Source: a virus (taxonomy: Duplodnaviria > Caudoviricetes). Taken from it: DNA of 64,000 nt. Numbering within the stretch: the first letter of the stretch is position 1; each line of letters begins with the position of its first letter. The notes under the pieces are model-generated. The model searched no databases, was not told where the DNA came from, and saw nothing but the letters and a program-made list of their open reading frames with translations. The DNA lies in the IMG/VR virus record IMGVR_UViG_3300031992_000052, positions 1-64,000 of that record; one strand, written 5' to 3'. A program made the position numbers and the translations under genes. Positions 38,601 through 46,958 of the stretch are shown here, in pieces.

Positions 38601-41600
38601 AAACACGCTACTGTCGAGCGCGTTAATCTTTGCCGCCAACGCATTGTCTATGCCCGCAGAATCGAAGAAGGTATCGTAGAATCTTGGGGCGTATGACACT
38701 TCGCTGATAGTCTGCTTAACCTCCAGTGTCTGACGGTCTATAACGAACAGGGCCAATCCTCGTCGCAGCCCAGAGTCTGTATCGACAGCTATATCGGTAT
38801 AGTCATACGTCACCGTCTGACTGCCGTTGAATATCTTCACCTGTGCACCGGGCAAAGTAACGAAGGACGGCGGATTACCGTGACCACGAAGCGAGATATA
38901 GGCGGCATCCTTTCCAGGGGCACCATCAGCGCCATCAGCTCCGTCAAGTTCTTCGTCGTTAGGCAGGTAGGCCGTGGCCGCCTCGCCACGCTCCAGCTTG
39001 GGCATACAGACATCGGCTTCCGAACCGGCGACTTCCCATGCAGGCGTTACCCAATACACATAGGTTGAGACAGAACTGTCGATAACACTTGCCGATTTGA
39101 AGGTGACGGTGTGGTACGTCCAGTCTTCATCATCCAGATTCCATCCAAAGTCCTTTATATAGGCATATTTGTTACCGTCAAGACAACGTCCCCAATCACG
39201 GTCAAAGGCTGCGTAGGGTATCGGCCCCTCGTCATCCCAATCACCAGGGTTTATGTCGAAAAACAGTCGGCCTTTATTCCAGAATGACAAGGTATAGACG
39301 GTGGCAGGCTGCAAGATGTCATGACCAGCCCCAGTAATTTGCTGTTGTATCATCTGCCCCGAACTCCCCGATGAGCCAAGGTGTATGTAGTTATGGCTGT
39401 CAAGACCGTTCACTACAATAGTGCCGGTATTAACATTCCACTTATCCATCTTCCCTGCCACAAACCGCGTCTGCCGCAGCAGGTTCGGTTGCACCTCGCT
39501 GGCATCCTTGCCGTCTTGCCCGTCGTCGCCTTTGTCGCCTTTATCTCCTTTGTCGCCTTTATCACCTTTTTCGCCGTCTGCACCGTCCTTGCCGTCGGCG
39601 CCGTTCCATACCGTTGCCGGACTCCAGCTGCCGCTTACCGTGCCATCGACCACCGTGGCCACGGAGGCGTATATGGTTGTCGGCACAACTACTTCCACCT
39701 GGCATTCATCTTTGCCGACGGCAACAGAACTGTCTTTAAAAAACCCTATGCAGATAAAGTGTGTGCCAGCCGACGGAACGAGCCTTATCGTGCCGGATGT
39801 TTCGCCGCTGTATTTGGTGTATTTTGTGTTCATGTCGCTGTCAACGGCTTCGTAATCGTCGGACAACATCGAGTCATCATCAATATCGCCGATGACCAGA
39901 TAATCATAGCCATCTTCTGTCGATACGTTTACATTAAGCACCACCGGAGCGTCACCTCCTGTTGTAAAGTAAATCATGCCCACAGAGTTGCCATCATCGC
40001 CTGGCGACGGTAATGTAATGACGTTACCGTCCAGTTGCCATGAGCCGTCTATATCGCCAAAGTCAACGCCCGGCGGCACCGAGCTCCAGCCGTTTCCAAA
40101 GTCGGTAGTGCCGGAGCCTATGCCCGTGGTTTTTGTTGGCAGTTGCGGAACAGTGTCGCTCATCTTGTAGGCCGTCACCGTGCGTATGGTAAGACCGTCG
40201 TTGCCGTCTGCACCGTCTGCTGCAAAGTTGCCAAGTATCTTCGGTGTGGTGAACGGCCCCCAGTGCCCGCCTTCGTCGCTTGAACTGCTCGACGAGTCGC
40301 TGTCTGAGGCGTGTACATAGTCGCGGTAACTGCCGTACTCGTAGCGGTTGGTGGGGCTGACACCCTGACGCTCGTCATACCAGCCCCGCGGCACCCATCC
40401 GTCCTGATTTTTATTGGTGTCGCTGCCGGTGGCCGCTCCCTCCGGGTTTACCTGTCCGCCGGCGATGTCTGCCGGTGCTGTTCCGTAGTCGTTGGTCGGC
40501 GTAGGCAGGAATATCCATTCGCGCTCCTTGGAGTCCTCGCCGTCGCGGACGAAGGCTACGGTCTGCCGGGCCAGTTCCTCGCTATTGCCAACCAGCCTGA
40601 CGTTGACGGACTTCTGTCCGCTGAAGGCTGCCGTGGGCAGGATGGCGGTAGCCTCAGTGTATTCCTGGCTTAACACCAATAGTTCCCATTCGGCCGACCC
40701 TACCGCGGCGAAATAGATACGCAGAGTCATAGCCACTGCCTCTTCCCGTTTCAGCAACGACATGCTGCCGTCCTGACTGGTGGCCCGGATGTTGATTGTT
40801 ACGCCACCACCGGGTGTGTAATTGCCGTCCTGAGGGTTGTAACTGACAATAAAGTCGGACAATACCAGTGTGAGTATCTCCTTAGTCTCTGCAAGCACGT
40901 TGATGACGGCGGAGCCCAGAGGCTCGTAGACCTGAGCGCTGCTGGAGCTGCTTTCGGACGATGACGAGCTGCTGTCGGACGAGCTGCTGGAACTGTCGGC
41001 ATCGCCCCAGGCTGTGACGGTGAAGGCCGCAGACACGGCACCGCTGAAGTCGTCGCCGCTGCCGCGCTGGTGACTGAGGGTGATGCGGCCGTTGGCCATG
41101 GTGCGGCGGCCACTTGCGCCGTTCCACAGAGCGTCGGCGTTGGCGTCGCCTGTATTGCGGCTGACGGTCCATAAGCTCACGCGGCTGTCGGCATTGGTGC
41201 TCCAGCCCTGTATCAGACTGGCCGTCAGCACGGCGGCCTTGCCCCATTTGACGTAGGGGGCGGCGTTGCCGGCATCCTCGTTGTCGATGGCGCAGGCCAG
41301 CTCTACGTGCAGCGGCAGTTCTTCGGGATTCCAGCTGACCTCCTCGTTATACTGGTCGGTGCCCAGGATGCCTGTGTCGAGGTTGACGGTACGCTGGCCG
41401 TTCTCTACGGCGCTGACCTCGCCCATGTAAATCCACCAGTGGTCGGGGTCGTCAACCGTACTCGGGAATCCCCGGCTGTCGTACTGTGTCGACAGCCCGT
41501 CCTGCATGACGAAGGAGTGCTTCACAAGCCACTCTCCCGCCAGTCCGTAGGGGTTATCCTGCGGGTACTGCTGCTTCGGCGCGAACACCAGATAGGCTTT

Positions 41601-41873
41601 GGAGTCGGCCACGTAGGCTTCGCTCTTCTCCAGACGGGCGTAGATGGTGTAAGGTCCGTTGCCGCCGGTCAGCCGCCGGTTGCGCCCCGAGAGCGTCCAC
41701 TCGCGATACATGTTGGTGTTGGGATTGACGCCAAGACCAGACACCATCGGGCTGAAGACCTTGATCTTCGCGCCGGTGGCAATGCTGACGGCCAGGTCGT
41801 TGGCTGAACCGTTGGCATTGGCGATGATACTGATGGCCGACGGGGCTATATAGTGGATGGGGGATGTGCGCAT
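35697..41873 (-). CDS. large tail fibre / tail-tip protein
   Basis: 2058 aa; collagen-like GDKGDKG/GADG triplets, ILEI-like domain, several NLL...KLEEG carbohydrate-binding-like modules, Ser-rich linkers. Confidence 0.8.
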   Translation of the reverse strand: MRTSPIHYIAPSAISIIANANGSANDLAVSIATGAKIKVFSPMVSGLGVNPNTNMYREWTLSGRNRRLTGGNGPYTIYARLEKSEAYVADSKAYLVFAPKQQYPQDNPYGLAGEWLVKHSFVMQDGLSTQYDSRGFPSTVDDPDHWWIYMGEVSAVENGQRTVNLDTGILGTDQYNEEVSWNPEELPLHVELACAIDNEDAGNAAPYVKWGKAAVLTASLIQGWSTNADSRVSLWTVSRNTGDANADALWNGASGRRTMANGRITLSHQRGSGDDFSGAVSAAFTVTAWGDADSSSSSSDSSSSSSESSSSSAQVYEPLGSAVINVLAETKEILTLVLSDFIVSYNPQDGNYTPGGGVTINIRATSQDGSMSLLKREEAVAMTLRIYFAAVGSAEWELLVLSQEYTEATAILPTAAFSGQKSVNVRLVGNSEELARQTVAFVRDGEDSKEREWIFLPTPTNDYGTAPADIAGGQVNPEGAATGSDTNKNQDGWVPRGWYDERQGVSPTNRYEYGSYRDYVHASDSDSSSSSSDEGGHWGPFTTPKILGNFAADGADGNDGLTIRTVTAYKMSDTVPQLPTKTTGIGSGTTDFGNGWSSVPPGVDFGDIDGSWQLDGNVITLPSPGDDGNSVGMIYFTTGGDAPVVLNVNVSTEDGYDYLVIGDIDDDSMLSDDYEAVDSDMNTKYTKYSGETSGTIRLVPSAGTHFICIGFFKDSSVAVGKDECQVEVVVPTTIYASVATVVDGTVSGSWSPATVWNGADGKDGADGEKGDKGDKGDKGDKGDDGQDGKDASEVQPNLLRQTRFVAGKMDKWNVNTGTIVVNGLDSHNYIHLGSSGSSGQMIQQQITGAGHDILQPATVYTLSFWNKGRLFFDINPGDWDDEGPIPYAAFDRDWGRCLDGNKYAYIKDFGWNLDDEDWTYHTVTFKSASVIDSSVSTYVYWVTPAWEVAGSEADVCMPKLERGEAATAYLPNDEELDGADGADGAPGKDAAYISLRGHGNPPSFVTLPGAQVKIFNGSQTVTYDYTDIAVDTDSGLRRGLALFVIDRQTLEVKQTISEVSYAPRFYDTFFDSAGIDNALAAKINALDSSVFVVLVSHDATGFNSNLVAALKGCGGSDIEHTDTWRYPFAFIGYKGLAEGYALQIQMPAEPDPGGATAPALLSAYVANGMFTTTKTGKDGADGADGTDGADGRDGLDGWTLTVNPSPLIIEQNINDGTFPFSQQHPLYISMTASRGSDNNVTVGTPTSVSNDLGLTVSPIGVNDYRLQITGYSRQSGTYKTSGKITCSVVLTDTAGNTVTMPVSISVGVNLLGEWDTKIVGDAEKSVARKITYAATGTEVETIETVGQYIRSSNENIATLTEDTNGLKTGMSEIRQTVSEISLGVEDGVQANENLIPNSLMEVTTNINASSGSKHQRTLSKLTQGNTYTLTVRGCTDHDATDNNNMLTVRVRSTDSVEKYAVVIKSEERQTESRTFTVASNKDTWVVEVYFDDEDSPGVGTATVDWIKLEEGEASTPWIPCPTDVAYRNYLTNGMAADAVLGELLPTTPITIGGTAVTNMFNGMDGYRAYSDGSNIKEVLQYLLYGTNSGQTNYAISAGQYYTLSWWSRSTCSYVVYIYGSTSGYPFIDASKGLLIDEVTRVSSPSGDASTTFGASSDYVRHTITFWTKNSFSGVCRALWRIMSGITGTLEICGMSLVRGAWERIQPFGRVFSLRPKNTTFLDSLVFSAEQPDASLVGKYLYTWAVVSAVDADEGNNTYMDVMAVNPDGDEHEMLYSGDTSADDRDYGYYDTPQGWRVLWRRYEVTTYGNDLIIGDALGNDISLSDFASLKWILESQGRVRSIWAVGVSPERKPGIREIAGELEAYQRRRTGIDIERGLINLRADRVTFSNSDGTVSGKVSIDPTKGTLITQDAVLRGNLFLPYLRLTSSNISNYTVTNFYGQDVVNLESASNNLQVEVSGITIRLPRITSDMLGCEINIFNATTGTIEINGSGVTGSSASGAYFCNLLVPSQATSLRSNSIVTLQKFRELKAKAFYHGQGGSEAYNYGWLVCYANINP

Positions 41874-41949
41874 CTTTTTATTTACGATTTACTATTTTCG
41901 ATTTGCGATTTTTTTTTATAACGACAAATTATCAAAATCGGGTGCCTGG

Positions 41950-41998
41950 TCAAGGGCATGGCGCTGCCCTTGATTTTACGCTCGGATACAGACATATT
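41950..41998. promoter_or_regulatory. back-to-back putative late promoters
   Basis: TCAAGGGCA-N6-TGCCCTTGA inverted pair between divergent tail genes; + copy has CATATT 19 nt downstream. Confidence 0.7.
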
Positions 41999-42029
41999 AG
42001 GGCATAACGATATATCGGAAATCAACTGT

Positions 42030-44873
42030 ATGGAGCACTTAGCACTTGAAGTTTTTGATCTTACGGGCACTGGCAGTCAGTATGCCTGGCTGCCTCGCAA
42101 CGCCAGCATCACCATCAACGACACGAGCGGCATCTTCGGCAGCGGCGACGTGTGGAGCCACCCGTTCCGGCTGAACGTCTACGAGAACGCGGGCATCTTC
42201 GGCATCAGCGGCGACCTGCACGGTTCGCGGCTTCACGAGCAGATACACAAGCGGCGGGCCCGCCTGTGGGTGATGGGCCTGCCGCTGTTCCTGGGCTACC
42301 TGATGCTGGGCGACGAGGCAGAGGTGGACAAGGACGGCAATGTTGACGTAACGTTCGAGTCGGGACAGCACACGTTCGACGAGATGATAGAGGGAGCGAA
42401 GGCCAATCAGGTGCCTACGATAGGGGACGTGGAAATCGGTATGGCACTATGGCGTAAGCGGTGGACGCATTGCCGTGTGAAGCTGGAGGCATCGCTGAGA
42501 CTGCCAAGCGGCTCCCCTTATCACGGTGCCACTCTGAGCGGCCCTGTGTATCATACGGTGAACGGCGAATTGGCCGATGAGTTTGAGTTGTCGTGCGACG
42601 GCGAGGAAGACGGCAACAGCGTGCAGGAATACCCGCGCATGGTGTTCCCACGGGGCAGCTTCGACAACACCGAGGAAGGCGGCGAAGGATGGAACAAGAA
42701 CTGTATCAACACCAACCTGCCCTATACCGAGGACGAAGACGGCACGCCGACGAGCCCCTACTGCAACATAGCCCTCTGCTATCAGAAGTACGGTTACTTA
42801 CAGACCGACAAGGACGGCAACACCAAACCCGACTACAGCGCGGAGCCGGTGGCCCAACGCGGCTACGAGTACATGCCCGCCGACCGCATTAACTCCGCGC
42901 CATGCTTCTATGTTGCCTACTGGGTGCGCTGTCTGATGACCCACCTCGGCATCCATATTGAAGAGAACCAGATGATGCAGGTGGAAGACCTGCGGCGGCT
43001 GTTCTTCGTGAACACCAACTGCGCCTATATAGAGCCGACGAAACTGCGTAGCGAAGACTACAACGAACGGTTCGGCCGATACAAGCACGATGTCGTGGTA
43101 AACAACAGACTGCAGCGGCCGGTGCCGGAGTATGTTGACTCCGAGAAGAACATCGACAAGAACGAAAGCGGATTCCACGGATCCAACGTCGAGATGACCG
43201 GTATCGAGAGCGATGTGTCTAACGTGTCGGTCAAGATTAGCGAGGTGATGCCATGGGATTTGGCGGAAAACTACGCCTATGGACTCAAGAACAACTACTA
43301 CCATAAGGCTATCGCGTCGAGCGAGTGCTTCCCAGACGTTGACATCAGCGAGGTTATCAAGGCCATAGAAGACGGATTCGGCGTGCGCTTCCTGTTCAGC
43401 GACGACTACAGCAGGGTGCGCATCATACTGCTGCGCAACATTCTGCGCAGCGGCGACGTGCAGGACATTGCCTGTGAGATAGAGGACGAGAGCGTAAAAG
43501 TGGAGAACAGCATCCGTGGGTTCCGCATGACCTACGGCGACAACAAGGACAATACAGAGTTCTTCTATAAGGGTTTCGACGACAAGCTGCCGAAGAAGAA
43601 ACCTTACTTTGTGGACGACAGCGACAAGCACGACTATTCGCACTGGGACCTGAATGCCGTATATAGCAACATTATCAACAGGGTGTCGGCTTTCGACAAG
43701 ACCTGCTATGTAACTCCGGTCACCGGCGATGCTTACGGCGTTAAGATTGACAAGGATGCGAAACGCTACGACGAGCTGCACCCCTCGCTCTTCGAGTTTG
43801 CGGGCTACATGGATGCCATAGACGGCAACTGCACGGGAGAGGACAGCACCGTTCACACCGTTAACGTGGGCTTTACGCCGGCCATTATGAACGACCTGAA
43901 CATGACGCAGGAACGCGGCGGCGATTATCGGCAGCGGTTTGCGCTGTTTGTGGATGCTACCATGCGCCCAAGGCGGGTCAACTACAACGATGTCAATGAC
44001 TATGACAGCTTCAGCGACCCCACCGCGATATATGACACCGAGAAACTGTATGCCAAAGGTTCGCCAGCCAGGCAGATGATGGCAGGCGACGGCTTTGTCA
44101 AGCCGGGCGAGTTTGCCATCCTCTCTGACATGTATGCCGCCGCTACGGATGTAGTAGCTCTCGTGAGCGGCGTTGTGGGACTTACGCCTCTCACTGCCCA
44201 CATTAAGTTCGATATGTCTGGCCACATTAACGAGGGTTACCGCCTCTATCTGCAAGATAATTACGAGCCTAACGACGACGGCGTGTCGCCCATCGAGAAG
44301 AAGGAGTGGGGCCTGACGTTGGGTATCATGCGCGGCTCTGGCAGCGATGCCTACATAGACTACCAGCGCGACCCGGAGGATGGCGAGAACAACGACACGT
44401 GGGACGTGATGCCGTGCGGCAGCGCAACAGCACACCCCGACACCTGCGACAACTACGGCAACCGGTGGGACTACAACGGCTCTGAATCTGGTATCGGCAA
44501 TGCCGACGGACGTATCTCGCTGAAGTTGCGGGCGGAGAAGCTGAACCCGAACTTCGACCCGACGCTGCCAGAGACGCACTACGACCAGGAACACCCGGAG
44601 CGGAATACAAACCCACGCTATCTCACCATCAGCAACCCGGCGCTGCGTCAGCGCGGGCTGGCCGATCAGTTCTACAAGGAGTACAGCTACTGGCTGCGCA
44701 ACGCCCGCGTCGTACAGCAGCCGGTGAGGATGGAACTGGCACAGCTACTAACCATCGACAAGACGAAGCGCGTGAGGGTGGGCGACATCATGGGGTTCAT
44801 CCGCAAGATGCAGTACACCATCAGCAATGAGACTGGGCTGGGTAAGGTTACAATGGAGATTATGTATATATAA
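42030..44873 (+). CDS. putative minor tail protein
   Basis: About 947-aa ORF in structural module; start moved downstream of the promoter motif. Confidence 0.6.
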   Translation: MEHLALEVFDLTGTGSQYAWLPRNASITINDTSGIFGSGDVWSHPFRLNVYENAGIFGISGDLHGSRLHEQIHKRRARLWVMGLPLFLGYLMLGDEAEVDKDGNVDVTFESGQHTFDEMIEGAKANQVPTIGDVEIGMALWRKRWTHCRVKLEASLRLPSGSPYHGATLSGPVYHTVNGELADEFELSCDGEEDGNSVQEYPRMVFPRGSFDNTEEGGEGWNKNCINTNLPYTEDEDGTPTSPYCNIALCYQKYGYLQTDKDGNTKPDYSAEPVAQRGYEYMPADRINSAPCFYVAYWVRCLMTHLGIHIEENQMMQVEDLRRLFFVNTNCAYIEPTKLRSEDYNERFGRYKHDVVVNNRLQRPVPEYVDSEKNIDKNESGFHGSNVEMTGIESDVSNVSVKISEVMPWDLAENYAYGLKNNYYHKAIASSECFPDVDISEVIKAIEDGFGVRFLFSDDYSRVRIILLRNILRSGDVQDIACEIEDESVKVENSIRGFRMTYGDNKDNTEFFYKGFDDKLPKKKPYFVDDSDKHDYSHWDLNAVYSNIINRVSAFDKTCYVTPVTGDAYGVKIDKDAKRYDELHPSLFEFAGYMDAIDGNCTGEDSTVHTVNVGFTPAIMNDLNMTQERGGDYRQRFALFVDATMRPRRVNYNDVNDYDSFSDPTAIYDTEKLYAKGSPARQMMAGDGFVKPGEFAILSDMYAAATDVVALVSGVVGLTPLTAHIKFDMSGHINEGYRLYLQDNYEPNDDGVSPIEKKEWGLTLGIMRGSGSDAYIDYQRDPEDGENNDTWDVMPCGSATAHPDTCDNYGNRWDYNGSESGIGNADGRISLKLRAEKLNPNFDPTLPETHYDQEHPERNTNPRYLTISNPALRQRGLADQFYKEYSYWLRNARVVQQPVRMELAQLLTIDKTKRVRVGDIMGFIRKMQYTISNETGLGKVTMEIMYI

Positions 44874-44877
44874 GATT

Positions 44878-45966
44878 ATGGCAGTAACAGTAACAGGAAT
44901 GTTTGGCAGCGGCAGGACGTATTTTGCCGACTCGCCAGTGGTCATCACCATCAGCGGACTGGAGTGGCCCACCGATGCCGGCGGCAGTCTGGTGTCGCCG
45001 TTCAATGTGGTGAAGGTGCAGGTATTGGATAATGACAACAACAACGTGGGCGAGTTCCGTGCCGACACGGGCGGGCTGTCGGATATATCGTTCGACATCT
45101 CGTCGGCACTCAGGGCAATGTGGAGCGGATATAACTTCGGCAGTGAGGTATCAGCCGCCAGCGGGCGTAGCTCGTTCCTACGCACTTATGCACCCTACTC
45201 GCTACGCATCTGGACTGAGTACCAGGCCGCCGACGGCACATATACCACAACGACGCCATCTGGCTATGGTGGCGGACGGTGCATGCTGGGCGGACTGACG
45301 GAGCTGGAGCGGAGCCGGATATCGAACGCTGCCAATGCCGACGCCTCTCACTTGCAGAATTCAAACCTGCGCTACGGCGACGCGAGCACGAAGCCGCTGA
45401 CGGTGCCGGAGCGGGTGGGACAGCACAGCATCACCTCATGGGTGGACGTTGGTGCCGACGGCACGACGAGTTCGTTCTTTGCCGCCAGCGCCGTACCGGC
45501 AGCCGACGGCGCGGAAGCTCATGCGCCGATGGTGCTGCGCGACAGCGTGCCCTACGTGGACTTTCTGTTCGTAAACCGCCGTGGGGCTGTTGAGACATGC
45601 AGCGCACAGACGCTGGAAAGCCTGGGCATCAGCATCAAGACCGAGAACTACGGCATGACAGAGCGTCCGTCATTCAGTCCTACACGCAGCCTGACGGCAC
45701 GGGCCAGCGGCGGCCTGCGGTCGTGGCAGATGTCGAGCGGCTACCTGACAAGGGAGTGGGCCCGCTGGTGGGCGCAGGAGTTCCTAATGGCTCGGCAGTG
45801 GTGGATGCGTGTTGACGATGACGGCGAACCGTCATCCGCAGCGACGGGGGGATTGTATGCGCCGGTGGTGGTCACGCCGGCCAAGGGCGACACCGGCATC
45901 TACGACCGGACGAAGCAGCAGATGCCGCACGTGGACTTTACCGTGACGCTGGCGCTGGAGGGATGA
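44878..45966 (+). CDS. putative tail/structural protein
   Basis: FLFVNRRGAVET and SSGYL motifs like Bacteroidetes siphophage tail proteins; context. Confidence 0.55.
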   Translation: MAVTVTGMFGSGRTYFADSPVVITISGLEWPTDAGGSLVSPFNVVKVQVLDNDNNNVGEFRADTGGLSDISFDISSALRAMWSGYNFGSEVSAASGRSSFLRTYAPYSLRIWTEYQAADGTYTTTTPSGYGGGRCMLGGLTELERSRISNAANADASHLQNSNLRYGDASTKPLTVPERVGQHSITSWVDVGADGTTSSFFAASAVPAADGAEAHAPMVLRDSVPYVDFLFVNRRGAVETCSAQTLESLGISIKTENYGMTERPSFSPTRSLTARASGGLRSWQMSSGYLTREWARWWAQEFLMARQWWMRVDDDGEPSSAATGGLYAPVVVTPAKGDTGIYDRTKQQMPHVDFTVTLALEG

Positions 45967-46001
45967 TTACATTGAAGATTGAACATTAATGGCAGCTTGT
46001 C

Positions 46002-46035
46002 TGCCCTTGATTTTGGGCTCCGTTATAACGATATT
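46002..46035 (+). promoter_or_regulatory. putative late promoter
   Basis: TGCCCTTGA-N19-GATATT. Confidence 0.7.
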
Positions 46036-46065
46036 CGGATAACAAGAAATTAACTCGAATACGAA

Positions 46066-46425
46066 ATGAACCAAGTAATGATTGACCTCTGGCCAATTCT
46101 GGTGCCTATACTCCTGGCCGCCGTGGGTTGGCAGTGGCGCGAGAACCACGCCCTGAAGATCCGCGTGGCGGTACTGGAGACTACCGTAGAAAACTTAGAG
46201 ACGACGCTCTCGAACATACAGAAGCGGCAGGACTCGCAATCGAAGAAACAGGATGATATTCTCGACCGCATACAGTCGATGGAGTCGGAGGTGCTGGAGC
46301 GAATGGGCAAGACCGACAGCAGCATCTCGTCGCTGTCGGCTCAGGTGAAAGGCCTGCACGACCTGCTGGTAGTGTCGGACTTCGGTATTCACACCAAACG
46401 GAACAGTTATGGGCGAGAAGATTAA
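46066..46425 (+). CDS. membrane-anchored coiled-coil protein (holin/lysis candidate)
   Basis: N-terminal TM LWPILVPILLAAVGW followed by coiled coil. Confidence 0.5.
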   Translation: MNQVMIDLWPILVPILLAAVGWQWRENHALKIRVAVLETTVENLETTLSNIQKRQDSQSKKQDDILDRIQSMESEVLERMGKTDSSISSLSAQVKGLHDLLVVSDFGIHTKRNSYGRED

Positions 46426-46804
46426 GAATACGGGTAACGAACTGAAGAACCGGTGGGTGCAACGGATGCCGCGTTTCTTCCGGATGATAGTGAAAATAGT
46501 GACAGCCATCGCGCTCACGGCAACTACCGTCAACTTCGCCGTGCCTGCCCTTGGCGGTGTGCTCTACGAATGGTGGTCCGAGGTATATACGCATATCCTC
46601 GTGGGTAGCATCTGTACGCTGATGATTTGCAAACTCACTGTGGCTGGAGGTTACAGGGAGCTGAACCCGGAGGAGCTGCTGCGCGGCAAGATGGGGCGTC
46701 ACATTCAGATGGGACACGACATCGACGAACAGATAGACGGCGAACAGCCAGATATTCACCAACAAAACATGAAAGATTATGGCAGGCAGCAGAACGCAGA
46801 TTGA
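46409..46804 (+). CDS. two-TM holin-like protein
   Basis: Two hydrophobic segments and a charged tail. Confidence 0.5.
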   Translation: MGEKIKNTGNELKNRWVQRMPRFFRMIVKIVTAIALTATTVNFAVPALGGVLYEWWSEVYTHILVGSICTLMICKLTVAGGYRELNPEELLRGKMGRHIQMGHDIDEQIDGEQPDIHQQNMKDYGRQQNAD

Positions 46805-46958
46805 CTTCGCTACCTGAAGTATAACAAGGACGAGGTAGGAAATCTTAGACAAGGCGACCATTGCAGGCTTGGCATCAGAGGCGGATGTAAAATAATGTCT
46901 GTTCGTATGTTATTATGTCTGAAAAAGTTATTATGTCTAAATAAAAAAATGGTGAATT

